Shown here in pieces: positions 1 through 8,654 of a stretch of 32,000 bases of DNA. Source of the stretch: Aliivibrio fischeri ES114 (GTDB taxonomy: Bacteria; Pseudomonadota; Gammaproteobacteria; Enterobacterales; Vibrionaceae); the NCBI RefSeq assembly GCF_000011805.1, contig NC_006840.2. One strand, given 5' to 3'. The position numbers and the translations under genes are program-made. Below the pieces are notes generated by a model. That model saw only the letters and a list, made by a program, of their open reading frames with translations, did no database searches and was not told where the DNA came from. The stretch's first letter is position 1. Every line of letters begins with the position of its first letter.

Positions 1-1242
1 TACTTCGTTTAAGCTGTGCTGCTGTAACAATGTGAGAGCTTCTTGGAACGCATCTTCCCAGTCACTGCTATTTTGTGATTCATCGAAATGACTTACTGGA
101 GCTGTAGTAGCATGAGTTGAAGTAGAACAGTGCTGTTGTATCCAAGCTTTTGTTGATTCACTAGCAAACTCAGTTCCATCATCGAATTTAAGATCGGTGA
201 TGCTTGGTGTTTTGTTGATTAATAGAGACAACTGATCAGTGATGCTTTGTGCTGCATCATGATGATTAAGTGCCGTTAGGCTTTCCCAAACCATGAAATG
301 GCCATCAATCCAAAATGGTGATTTAGAAAGGCTCTCTTCCATTTCTATAATCAATGCAGAGTGATTTAACTCAGCTTTTAATTGTTGGAAATATTGTGTT
401 CTAGCTTGAGGAACGGGCTTTAACATAGTTACATTATCATCATTACTTGCAGGTAATTGCGATATGGTTAGCCATGTTAGAGTTCGGTTTAATTGAAAAA
501 CTTTTTCATCATTAAGTTTTTGAGATAACCAGTATTTTGAGAGCGTTCTCGCTACATCTTGTAAGTGACGAAATGCTTTATTTGCATCTCTATCGTTTGT
601 GATGTCATCTTGAGAAAATGAGATAGTTGATGTTGTTGATGGAGCTTGTATTGGTGTTGATGGTAGCGATTGTGTTGCTATTACCTCATTATTTTCGGTT
701 TCTGATTTTAAACGTTTTTTAAGTTTTTTGATTAATGAAATAACAGAAGATAAATTATCTGTATTACTTTGGAAAATAGACTCAATTGAATCATCTAATA
801 CTGATAATTGTGTAATTAATATATCTGCATCATTTATATTGTCTATATTATCGATAATAGATTTTGTGGTATCTGTAATTATATTAATGATTTGATTAAT
901 AGAGGAATATAGACTTCTTTTTCTTCTTGGGTAAATATCGTCTTTGAATTTAATGATGAAATCATTAATAACACGGATTAACTCATTATTATCAATAGCA
1001 AGATTTCTCTTAGTTATAGATAAGCACAACCAGTAAAGTAATCTATAATCCTTACTAGTTTCATTTAGTAAATTCAATGAGTTATCATGCACGGTAGACC
1101 AGTCCGTCTTGCTTGTAGCAAACAGATTCGTTGATTTTTTTATTTCTTCTTCAATTAATTCAAACTCAGGCTCATAAGTTAAATCTGTGCCTAAGCGATC
1201 CTTATCTGATATATCAGAAAGGATTGAGTCGTAAGAAAACAT
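1..1242 (-). CDS. tssA: Type VI secretion ImpA/TssA-family protein (VasJ-like); N-terminal 414 codons, 3' end lies beyond the left edge
   Basis: Not in the supplied ORF track because it has no in-window stop. My minus-strand translation from ATG 1242-1240 stays open through position 1. It begins MFSYDSILSDISDKDRLGTDLTYEPEFELIEEEIKKSTNLFATSKTDWSTVHDNSLNLLNETSKDYRLLYWLCLSI... This fits the ImpA_N signature (G-x-DL-x-Y-x-PEFE ... DW ... SKD-x-RL ... WL) of TssA/VasJ/VasL proteins. The gene is visibly more AT-rich than the core genes to its right. Confidence 0.7.
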   Translation of the reverse strand, partial: MFSYDSILSDISDKDRLGTDLTYEPEFELIEEEIKKSTNLFATSKTDWSTVHDNSLNLLNETSKDYRLLYWLCLSITKRNLAIDNNELIRVINDFIIKFKDDIYPRRKRSLYSSINQIINIITDTTKSIIDNIDNINDADILITQLSVLDDSIESIFQSNTDNLSSVISLIKKLKKRLKSETENNEVIATQSLPSTPIQAPSTTSTISFSQDDITNDRDANKAFRHLQDVARTLSKYWLSQKLNDEKVFQLNRTLTWLTISQLPASNDDNVTMLKPVPQARTQYFQQLKAELNHSALIIEMEESLSKSPFWIDGHFMVWESLTALNHHDAAQSITDQLSLLINKTPSITDLKFDDGTEFASESTKAWIQQHCSTSTHATTAPVSHFDESQNSSDWEDAFQEALTLLQQHSLNEV

Positions 1243-1464
1243 ATTTACCCTAGCTAAATGATGTTGTTCAAGTCAGATTGTATTGATTTAATTATTATTA
1301 AAATTATTTTTATATAGAAATAGTAAATGGAAGAATTTAATTAAGAAAGGGGAATAATTTGCGATGAAAATTAATTGAGAAATAGATCTAAATTTTATGA
1401 AACTAAATTAAGAGAACTATTTCTCATGATTTACAAATAAAGCAGGTGTCTTATTTGTGATACA

Positions 1465-1671
1465 TTATTTATTCTTGAAGTCGGAGAGCACAATCTCTAA
1501 TGCTTTGATTGCTGTTTCTTTGTCTACTTCGTTGCTTTCAAGAAGATAGATTAAATCTACTGCTAATTTGATTTCATCCGGTGCGTTATCTAGAGGGTTA
1601 GGAGTCTCTGTTTGAACTTCAACTTCGGTTTCGATTTGCGGTATTTGCTGATTATTTTGGGGGTTAGTCAT
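1465..1671 (-). CDS. ybaM: Small YbaM-like protein (DUF2496 family)
   Basis: 68-aa ORF. The C-terminal half NAPDEIKLAVDLIYLLESNEVDKETAIKALEIVLSDF resembles E. coli YbaM as I remember it. It overlaps the priC stop by 8 nt and follows priC, as in E. coli. Confidence 0.55.
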   Translation of the reverse strand: MTNPQNNQQIPQIETEVEVQTETPNPLDNAPDEIKLAVDLIYLLESNEVDKETAIKALEIVLSDFKNK

Positions 1672-2215
1672 GTTGTTCTCGATAAGTAATTTGTTGTTCT
1701 AATCGGATCATTGCTTCTTTACAGCGTTGTAAGCGTTTTTCTGTTGCTAGCAGTTTTTGTTGTAGATCTTGCTGCTGAGAGAATGAATGGCATTGATTAA
1801 TTGCCAGTTCTTGATCATTTACCATTTGTGCTAAACGGCGTTCCCACTCTTGGTGTTGAGCTAGGTCTTGATACATATCACTAATGGGTTTTTTATAGCT
1901 TCCCTTCGGACGAGGTTCGTTAGAGCGTATACGTTGAGTTGCTACTTCTCTTTGTATCGCTTCAATTTGAGCAACCAACATTTGCGTTAAATATTCCGCT
2001 CTTTGTGCAGTAAGAATATTTGCTTTTTCTTCTCGTTGAATCGATCCAAGCGTTGCTTTTGCTTCATTTATACAGGGCACAAGATAGCGGCTTCTGCATC
2101 CAAATAGACGTTCATCAAATAAAGGGAGTCGCTGTTCCCCTCGACGTCGGTCAATTTCAGCCGCCGTTTTACCTAGTTGTTCTAGCATGATTTCGATAGA
2201 GGTAAAATTAGTCAT
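1664..2215 (-). CDS. priC: Primosomal replication protein N'' (PriC)
   Basis: 183 aa. FDERLFGCRSRYLVPCINEAKATL and YQDLAQHQEWERRLAQMV align with E. coli PriC FDRHLFQTRATTLQACLDEAGDNL and RIQHQDFERRLREMV. Size and neighbourhood also match. Confidence 0.8.
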   Translation of the reverse strand: MTNFTSIEIMLEQLGKTAAEIDRRRGEQRLPLFDERLFGCRSRYLVPCINEAKATLGSIQREEKANILTAQRAEYLTQMLVAQIEAIQREVATQRIRSNEPRPKGSYKKPISDMYQDLAQHQEWERRLAQMVNDQELAINQCHSFSQQQDLQQKLLATEKRLQRCKEAMIRLEQQITYREQHD

Positions 2216-2225
2216 AATTGTTCCG

Positions 2226-2996
2226 TTAGAACCAAGCGTCTAAAGCGAGTTTAACAGCCAAGATACAAACCACAGTTACAAACACTGGTCGAATAAACTT
2301 AGATCCAAAACGAATAGCTGAGTGTGCACCAATAAATGCGCCGACCATTAAGCAAACGCCCATAGTTAAACCTAGTGCCCAGTTAATATGGCCAAGAATT
2401 GCAAAGGTAACCAGTGAAGTAAAGTTACTGGTGAAATTCATAGCTTTTGCTAAGCCTGATGCTAATAAGATGTTTAGACGATACATCGCCATGCTGCTAA
2501 CCGTCCAAAACGCACCAGTTCCAGGTCCTGCTACACCATCATAAAATCCTAAAGATAAGCCTTGAATAATCTGCTGAGTCTTTAGTTTAGGTGTGATACC
2601 AGGTAATTGATTTTGATCTGCCTTTGGTTGTGGATGCCAAATAGTATAAATTGCAGCAGCTAAAATAATTAAAGGTAATCCTTTTTCAAGCCATTCCGTT
2701 GAAATATAGTTAACTAGCAAAGTACCGCATGTTGCGCCAAATAAAGTTGCGACAAAAGACGTTTTCCAAAAATGGGGGTCAAACAACTTCTTTTTAAAGT
2801 AGGTGAGTGCAGCCGTAGATGAAGCAAAACTTGCGGCTAACTTATTTGTACCTAAAGCTATGTGTGGGGGAAGCCCTATTGAGAGTAGAGCAGGAACGGT
2901 TAACATTCCTCCTCCGCCTGCAACAGCATCAATAAATCCAGCAATAAAGGCAACTAACCCTAGGATAATGAGGGTTGATGGTTCGAGAAATTCCAT
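2226..2996 (-). CDS. TSUP (TauE/SafE, YfcA-like) family inner-membrane transporter
   Basis: 256 aa, polytopic and hydrophobic. The N-terminal GFIDAVAGGGGMLTVPALL motif is typical of the YfcA/TauE family. Confidence 0.75.
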   Translation of the reverse strand: MEFLEPSTLIILGLVAFIAGFIDAVAGGGGMLTVPALLSIGLPPHIALGTNKLAASFASSTAALTYFKKKLFDPHFWKTSFVATLFGATCGTLLVNYISTEWLEKGLPLIILAAAIYTIWHPQPKADQNQLPGITPKLKTQQIIQGLSLGFYDGVAGPGTGAFWTVSSMAMYRLNILLASGLAKAMNFTSNFTSLVTFAILGHINWALGLTMGVCLMVGAFIGAHSAIRFGSKFIRPVFVTVVCILAVKLALDAWF

Positions 2997-3064
2997 ATCA
3001 ATTCTTAATTATTAATAGCTATAGTAAGCTCGCATCTGCGAATGATTTAAGTAATAACGAGATA

Positions 3065-5149
3065 TTACTCTATTAGTCTTTTAAAAGGAGGTAAGGCGTC
3101 CAAAAGAGCTTTACCATAACGCTTAGTTATTACACGGCGATCAAGAAGCACAACTCTACCAGAATCCTCTTCTTTACGCAGTAGTCGACCTACAGATTGA
3201 ATTAATTTTTTGCTCGCTTCTGGAACACTGATCTGCATAAATGGATTACCACCTCGGCTCTCAATATATTCCGAATGCGCTTCTTCAACTGGAGAGGTTG
3301 GAACACCAAATGGAATCTTAGTTATAATTAGATTTGTAAGTAGGTTTCCAGGTAAATCTAATCCTTCAGAAAAACTTCCTGTTCCAAATAAGATGCTGAT
3401 TTTATTCTCCTCACAAAGTTTTTTATGTTTTTTTAGAATTTCTTGTCTTGATTCCTGTCCTTGAATAAGTAGGTTCCATCCATGTTTTTTAACAATCTTT
3501 TCTATACCTTCTGCAACTTTGTTCATTTGCCAGTAAGATGAGAATAAAACTAAGCTTGAAGATTGCTCTGCAAGATAAAAGGGTAGCTCTTCAATTAGTA
3601 AATCAGTAAACCCTGCGGCTGATGGTTCCATTGGAAGTTTAGGGATCACCAATTGAGCGTTTTCTTGGTAATTAAATGGTGAAGCCAAGGATAAGAAGCG
3701 TACACCATCCTCAGGCTTTTCTGATATACCTGCTTGTTTACAAAAAAATGAATAGCTATTTAATGCTCTCATTGTTGCTGAAACGACAACCGCCCCAGCT
3801 GCTCGACTCCATAAATTTTGGTCAAGTTGCCAACCTACCTCTAGAGGGGATACGTTAATGAAGGTATCTCCGTCTCTGTCTTGACTCTTTTCTAGCCATC
3901 TAGCGAGTGGTGCTCCTTTATCACTATTGGGTTTTGCCATTAAAAACCAAACTTGAGCTAAATTTTCTAATCTTTGTAAGTAAAAGCCTATTTCAGCTAA
4001 TGCTGGCTCTGCCATTCTCGGTGCTAATTCGCCATCTTTCATGCGTTCAGAGATTAAGTCACTAATTTTCGCTAGTGCTTGGTTGGCTTTAGTTGAGACT
4101 TCTTTTAATTCTTTGGATTGCTCTGCTAACCAGTTCGGTATTTCACCATGTTCAAAACGATAAACTCCATCATCATTGAATAATGTCGGGTCAAATTGCT
4201 TACTTAACTGATTAAGCGTAGGAATTAATTCCTGGATATGTTCATGAAGAGAGTTTTGAAATCGATTAACTCTTTTTTGATCTGCAAGATTACAGAATTT
4301 ACTAACCGATTTGTTTAATGACTCTAACCACGAGGCTGAACCTTTTAAACTTGCTGCAGCAGATGAGTGTTCTCGTGCCACATTTGGCAGATGGTGAGCT
4401 TCATCAAAAATATATATGGTTTGTTCTGGTTCAGACAAAACAACACCACCGCCTAAATCGATGTCAGCCATAACTAAACTGTGATTTGCAATAACCACAT
4501 CTGCTTTATCTAAGTGTTCACGTGCTTTTTGAAATGGGCATTCACGGTGCATGGGTAAGCCGTTATGACAGCTGTACTTGTCTGAAACAATGCTTTGCCA
4601 GATAGAAGAGGGAATTGTCGTTGGCCAGCTATCTATATCACCGTCCCATTTACCCTCAGCTAATGCTTTGTACATTCTCTTTAGTAAATCTAACTCTTTC
4701 TTTTTTGGTTTTTCAGTAAACAAAGCAACTTGCTTGTCGTCTTCATTGTTTGATTCTGTTAGTAGAGACAACTTATGACTACAACAATACCGCTGACGAC
4801 CTTTTGCAATAATAAAAGAAAAAGGCAATGGCGATATACGGCGATAGAAAGGTAAGTCTTTATGAGCAAGCTGTTCTTGAAGTGCAACAGTTGCAGTTGA
4901 GATAACCACTTTTTTGTTATTTAACTTCGCATACGGAATAGCACTTAGTAGATAAGCAAGAGATTTACCAATGCCTGTTCCTGCTTCTGCAACAATCATG
5001 CGATTAGAATCACTGTATTCACCTGCAAGTGATTTAGCGATTTCTGCTACTAAATAGTTCTGAGCACGGCGAGGTATAAAACCTGGAAGTTGATCTTGTA
5101 GTGTTTTGTAGCTTTGGCGAATGCTATCAGTAACCGATTTATTCAGCAT
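3065..5149 (-). CDS. dinG: ATP-dependent DNA helicase DinG (Fe-S, XPD-like)
   Basis: About 694 aa. The N-terminus (YKTLQDQLPGFIPRRAQ...EAGTGIGKSLAYL...VISTATVALQEQL...KDLP) is colinear with E. coli DinG. The Cys cluster (RYCCSHK...C...C) and DEAH box (IFDEAHHL) are present. The ORF track starts at a TTG (5161); I prefer ATG 5149 (MLNKSV...). The start is uncertain. Confidence 0.9.
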   Translation of the reverse strand: MLNKSVTDSIRQSYKTLQDQLPGFIPRRAQNYLVAEIAKSLAGEYSDSNRMIVAEAGTGIGKSLAYLLSAIPYAKLNNKKVVISTATVALQEQLAHKDLPFYRRISPLPFSFIIAKGRQRYCCSHKLSLLTESNNEDDKQVALFTEKPKKKELDLLKRMYKALAEGKWDGDIDSWPTTIPSSIWQSIVSDKYSCHNGLPMHRECPFQKAREHLDKADVVIANHSLVMADIDLGGGVVLSEPEQTIYIFDEAHHLPNVAREHSSAAASLKGSASWLESLNKSVSKFCNLADQKRVNRFQNSLHEHIQELIPTLNQLSKQFDPTLFNDDGVYRFEHGEIPNWLAEQSKELKEVSTKANQALAKISDLISERMKDGELAPRMAEPALAEIGFYLQRLENLAQVWFLMAKPNSDKGAPLARWLEKSQDRDGDTFINVSPLEVGWQLDQNLWSRAAGAVVVSATMRALNSYSFFCKQAGISEKPEDGVRFLSLASPFNYQENAQLVIPKLPMEPSAAGFTDLLIEELPFYLAEQSSSLVLFSSYWQMNKVAEGIEKIVKKHGWNLLIQGQESRQEILKKHKKLCEENKISILFGTGSFSEGLDLPGNLLTNLIITKIPFGVPTSPVEEAHSEYIESRGGNPFMQISVPEASKKLIQSVGRLLRKEEDSGRVVLLDRRVITKRYGKALLDALPPFKRLIE

Positions 5150-5516
5150 GAGAAGGCTCAATTAAATTTAAAAAACCATTGTACCACGCAAATTTGAGTG
5201 TGATCTTCTGCAAATAATGGAATTCAATGTTTTTAAATTGAGATGAATATCACGAAAGTGAGAATAAGACATCTTTGACTATGTGATGTTAAATTTTAGG
5301 TTTAATTAAAGTTCTTTAAGTTGGTAATTGTTAGTCGATTGTTCTGTTTTTGTTTGTTTTTAGTGTTTTAAAAAGTTTTAAATTCTTTTGTGCTTAGAAA
5401 TAAATATTTATAGTTTTTATGCTGTATGAGTTTATTTTGTATTTTTTACAATTCATTAACTGTTTAGGTTGTTGATTTTAATGGTTTTGTTGTTTTTTTA
5501 TTTAATTTTACAATGT

Positions 5517-5545
5517 TTGACATAGTTATTTAGTTTTTGCAAAGT
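5517..5545 (+). promoter_or_regulatory. Putative sigma70 promoter of porin gene 1 (-35 TTGACA 5517-5522, 17-nt spacer, -10 CAAAGT 5540-5545)
   Basis: Perfect -35 hexamer with a weak -10. The same TTGACA-N17-CAAAGT arrangement recurs upstream of the paralogue at 7177-7205, at the same distance (about 120 nt) from the ATG. Confidence 0.4.
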
Positions 5546-5621
5546 AGCAACCGAATTCAGAAGTACTGATTAATCACACGATTAGATGTGTTGTCGGTAC
5601 TTAATAAATTACATAAAAACA

Positions 5622-5672
5622 GGGAACCGGAAATCGGATTTCCAATTTTCTAAGAAAAGGCAGTGGATTATT
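5622..5672 (+). promoter_or_regulatory. Conserved 5' UTR block of porin gene 1, containing palindrome GGAAAT-CGG-ATTTCC (5629-5643) and the ribosome-binding region
   Basis: Nearly identical to 7276-7329 upstream of the paralogue, while the rest of the two leaders has diverged. Confidence 0.5.
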
Positions 5673-6692
5673 ATGAAAAAGACTCTTTTAGCTCTTGCAA
5701 TCGCAAGTATCTCGACTTCAGCTTTTGCTGTTGATACTAGTAGCCAAAATAGTAAGAATGATGAAATGTTTGCATTTGACCCTATGCATAAAGATCAGTT
5801 TTCTGTATCTGGTTCTGTAGGTGTAGGTGGTTACTATGACACAAAATCAAAAGCGCTGTATGATGATTGGGCTACAGGTTTGACTCTTGCTGTTAACTAT
5901 CGTAACAACCGTGTTGTTGGTTATTTTGAAACTGATTTTATGATGAATTACTCAACAGATCCTGACGAAAAAGCAGCGTCTTCTTCTGATAAACATTCTG
6001 GACCTGCGACTGATGTTGATAAAGCATGGTTAGGTTTTGATACTGGTTTTGGTATCGCATCTTTCGGTTGGGAAAACGACACAGCTCTTGATGCTGTAGA
6101 TGGTGCGGGTGATAACACATACGAATTTGGTGCTTCTGCGGGTGATGCATCTGATGGTTTCAATGTAGCTAAATTCCAAGGTTCAACAAGTGGTTTCGCT
6201 TACGGTGTATCTTACTTTGAAACTGATGATAATCGTTCGAAAGCTGATAAAGGTGTGAATGGTTACATTGGTATCGAGCAAGAAATCTTTAATGTTTATG
6301 CTGGTTATGAAACACGTGATAAAGCTGAGTATGACGTAATGACTGTAACGGGTAACGTTAAGCTTGGCGCTGTTAAACTTGGTGCAAACTTCTGGATTGA
6401 AGATGGTAATGCAAAAGATTTAACGGGTAAAAACCTAACAAACCAAGAAAACACTGGTTACTATTTATCTGCAGGATACGCTGTTACTGAAGACTTAACG
6501 TTAGCAGCTGGTTATGCGGCAAATACAAAAGAAGTATCAAAAGTTGAAACTGATTACTCTTACATGAACGTTGCGGCAATGTATACATTAGCTAAGAATA
6601 TGGATATGGGTATTGACGTACGCCAAGATCTTGATGCTGGTGCTGCTGACGAAGAAACTTATGTGTTTGCTGCAGGTTACTACTACTTCTAA
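5673..6692 (+). CDS. Porin-like outer-membrane beta-barrel protein, paralogue 1 (339 aa)
   Basis: Signal peptide MKKTLLALAIASISTSAFA followed by VD. Alternating beta-strand pattern with aromatic girdles. YEFGAS resembles the PEFGG loop-3 motif of general porins. The C-terminus ends FAAGYYYF, a terminal Phe OMP sorting signal. The ORF-track start at 5586 adds a non-signal extension, so I use ATG 5673. Confidence 0.75.
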   Translation: MKKTLLALAIASISTSAFAVDTSSQNSKNDEMFAFDPMHKDQFSVSGSVGVGGYYDTKSKALYDDWATGLTLAVNYRNNRVVGYFETDFMMNYSTDPDEKAASSSDKHSGPATDVDKAWLGFDTGFGIASFGWENDTALDAVDGAGDNTYEFGASAGDASDGFNVAKFQGSTSGFAYGVSYFETDDNRSKADKGVNGYIGIEQEIFNVYAGYETRDKAEYDVMTVTGNVKLGAVKLGANFWIEDGNAKDLTGKNLTNQENTGYYLSAGYAVTEDLTLAAGYAANTKEVSKVETDYSYMNVAAMYTLAKNMDMGIDVRQDLDAGAADEETYVFAAGYYYF

Positions 6693-6720
6693 TAGTATTA
6701 CATAAAGTCAAGTAATTATT

Positions 6721-6749
6721 AAGCCAGTCATATTTGACTGGCTTTTTTT
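6721..6749 (+). terminator. Rho-independent terminator of porin gene 1
   Basis: GCCAGTCA-TATT-TGACTGGC stem-loop followed by T7. Confidence 0.85.
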
Positions 6750-7176
6750 GTTTTTATTTGACTGATTTATTGTAGTAACGCTGTTTTGCTTCAACAGTTA
6801 AAAATGAGCTAATGGGAATAAAGTGTGTTATGGGTCACAATTAATTTTTTAGGCTTCTTCATTTTTTATTAGTTTATACTCTGTAAATATAAAAAAATTA
6901 CAATTAATTCGCCTGCCAAATCTAACTAGTTAAATATCAAATTCTATTTATTAATATTAAACGGAAACGCTCTCTCTTGTTGTTATTTTTATTTATTTTT
7001 ATCTTTTTGCGTTTTTTATTTCAATTACTTATGTTGCCTTGTTCTTTTTTTGTTCTTTTTGTTGTTTATCTAAATTTATGTTTTTTGGTGTGACCTGTAT
7101 CAAATCTTAAGATGTCTTTATGTAAGTTGCTGTATTGTGTGTGTTTATCATTTTTTACTTTCCTTGACTTTCTTCG

Positions 7177-7205
7177 TTGACATGGTGAGAAATCTTTAGC
7201 AAAGT
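7177..7205 (+). promoter_or_regulatory. Putative sigma70 promoter of porin gene 2 (-35 TTGACA 7177-7182, -10 CAAAGT 7200-7205)
   Basis: Same hexamers and 17-nt spacing as 5517-5545. Confidence 0.4.
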
Positions 7206-7275
7206 ACTCTCCAGAAATCGAGATGCTAACAAGTTGCACATTAAGATGCTTCTGTAGCAATCCAGATATAAAAAA

Positions 7276-7329
7276 GGGAACCGGAAATCGGATTTCCAAA
7301 TCTTTCTAAGAAAAGGCAGTGGACTTATT
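7276..7329 (+). promoter_or_regulatory. Conserved 5' UTR block of porin gene 2, with palindrome GGAAAT-CGG-ATTTCC (7283-7297)
   Basis: Near-identity to 5622-5672. Confidence 0.5.
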
Positions 7330-8388
7330 ATGAAAAAGACTCTTTTAGCGCTTGCTATCGCAAGTATCTCAGCTTCAGCATTTGCTGTTGATACAAGCAG
7401 CCAAAACAGCAAAAACGAAGACATGTTTGCATTTGACCCAATGCACAAAGATCAATTCTCTGTTTCTGGTTCTGTTGGTGTAGGTGGTTACTACGACACT
7501 GGCTCTAAAGCATTTTACGATGATTGGGCAACAGGTTTAACTCTAGCAGTTAACTACCGTAACAACCGCATTGTTGGTTACTTTGAAACTGATCTAATGT
7601 TGAACTACACAACAGATAACGCGACTTCACCAATCCTTAAAGATGGTTCAGAATTTGCTACTGATGTTGATAAAGCATGGTTAGGTTTTGACACTGGTTT
7701 CGGTATCGCATCTTTTGGTTGGGAAAATGACACCGCTCTTGATGCAGTTGATGGTGCTGGTGATAACACATACGAATTCGGTGCTTCTGCTGGTGATGCA
7801 TCTGACGCATTCAATGTAGTTAAGTTCCAAGGTTCTACAAGTGGCTTTGCATACGGCGTATCTTACTTTGAAACTGATGATACACATGTAGATGCTGAAA
7901 AAGGTGTGAATGGTTATGTTGGTATCGAACAAGAAATCTTCAATGTATATGCTGGTTACGAATTACGTGATGAAGCTACTCGTACTTTAAGAAAACTTCC
8001 AAACGGTGCTAAGATTGAAGCTGTTGATGCAGATTACCAAGTAATGACGGTTACAGGTAATGTTAAATTAGGTGAAGTAAAACTTGGTGCTAACTTCTGG
8101 ATTGAAGACACAAGTGGTAAAAACCTAGATAAAACAAATACTGGTTACTACCTATCAGCAGGTTACGCAGTAACTGAAGACCTAACTCTAGCAGCTGGTT
8201 ATGCAGCAAATACTGATGAAGTAACTGGCATGAAAGATTTAGATCAGTCTTACATGAACGTTGCAGCTATGTATACACTAGCTAAAAACATGGACATGGG
8301 TATTGATATTAAGCAAGAGCTTGATTCTGGCTACAATAATGTAGACGAAGAAACTTACGTATTCGCAGCAGGTTACTACTACTTCTAA
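7330..8388 (+). CDS. Porin-like outer-membrane beta-barrel protein, paralogue 2 (352 aa)
   Basis: Colinear with paralogue 1, with the same signal peptide, barrel strands and C-terminal FAAGYYYF. Differences cluster in short blocks, including an insertion of roughly 18 aa (TRTLRKLPNGAKIEAVDA) at about 7975-8035. Confidence 0.75.
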   Translation: MKKTLLALAIASISASAFAVDTSSQNSKNEDMFAFDPMHKDQFSVSGSVGVGGYYDTGSKAFYDDWATGLTLAVNYRNNRIVGYFETDLMLNYTTDNATSPILKDGSEFATDVDKAWLGFDTGFGIASFGWENDTALDAVDGAGDNTYEFGASAGDASDAFNVVKFQGSTSGFAYGVSYFETDDTHVDAEKGVNGYVGIEQEIFNVYAGYELRDEATRTLRKLPNGAKIEAVDADYQVMTVTGNVKLGEVKLGANFWIEDTSGKNLDKTNTGYYLSAGYAVTEDLTLAAGYAANTDEVTGMKDLDQSYMNVAAMYTLAKNMDMGIDIKQELDSGYNNVDEETYVFAAGYYYF

Positions 8389-8417
8389 TCTCTTGATTTA
8401 AAGTAGAATAGATTATT

Positions 8418-8445
8418 AAGCCAGTCATTTGACTGGCTTTTTTTT
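8418..8445 (+). terminator. Rho-independent terminator of porin gene 2
   Basis: AAGCCAGTC-ATTT-GACTGGCTT followed by a T-run. Same stem sequence as the terminator at 6721-6749. Confidence 0.85.
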
Positions 8446-8507
8446 GCCTGTAAAAAAGCTTGTGAAAAATGAAATATAATTTTCTTTAAAATAATTCATC
8501 TTTTTTG

Positions 8508-8535
8508 TTGAAATAAAACCACAGTTTGATAATGT
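8508..8535 (+). promoter_or_regulatory. Candidate his operon promoter (TTGAAA-N16-TAATGT)
   Basis: Hexamer match only, located about 50 nt upstream of hisL. Confidence 0.3.
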
Positions 8536-8584
8536 GTTTACAAGGTTAAAAACAAATACAGTTTGTTACTAAAGGTTTATATTT

Positions 8585-8632
8585 ATGCGTATTCAAGGTC
8601 TGAACATTCATCACCACCATCATCCTGATTAG
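8585..8632 (+). CDS. hisL: his operon leader peptide (MRIQGLNIHHHHHPD)
   Basis: 15-codon ORF with five consecutive His codons, ending HPD like E. coli HisL. It is preceded by AAAGG and followed by the attenuator. Confidence 0.9.
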   Translation: MRIQGLNIHHHHHPD

Positions 8633-8654
8633 TCTTTCGGGAGGATACGTATTA

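Noticed and set aside
1430-1464. AT-rich stem ACAAATAA...TTATTTGT just downstream of the ybaM-like gene; considered as a terminator separating core genes from the T6SS gene.
   Set aside because: The stem is entirely A/T, the loop is about 10 nt, and no U-tract follows on the relevant strand. It is too weak to annotate.
5150-5320. Searched the dinG upstream region for a LexA (SOS) box, CTGT-N8-ACAG.
   Set aside because: No acceptable match was found by eye on either strand, so no SOS operator is claimed. A weight-matrix scan would be needed to exclude a degenerate site.
5586-5672. ORF-track N-terminal extensions: MCCRYLINYIKTGNRKSDFQFSKKRQWII before the porin 1 signal peptide. Similar extensions occur at hisG (8823), hisA (14143) and the pseudouridine synthase (16337).
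   Set aside because: The extensions use poor or non-ATG starts and overlap regulatory RNA, repeat or terminator sequence. They are absent from orthologues. Internal ATGs with Shine-Dalgarno sequences give the canonical N-termini.
5948-6163. A 71-aa antisense ORF inside porin gene 1. Its counterpart in porin gene 2 (7605-7814, 69 aa) shares an identical stretch of about 50 aa (SDASPAEAPNSYVLSPAPSTASRAVSFSQPKDAIPKPVSKPNHALSTSVA), which looks like a conserved overlapping gene.
   Set aside because: The antisense frame shares its third codon position with the sense frame, so sense synonymous changes are mostly synonymous in antisense too. The ORF spans the most conserved, Tyr/His/Gln-poor part of the porin, which cannot generate antisense stops. 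There is no RBS or promoter. The conservation is a by-product of the sense gene.
7066-7448. Two minus-strand ORFs (77 and 97 aa) across the porin 2 promoter, leader and start.
   Set aside because: They are AT-rich low-complexity translations overlapping the conserved promoter/UTR and signal-peptide codons of a well-supported gene, with no RBS. They are spurious.
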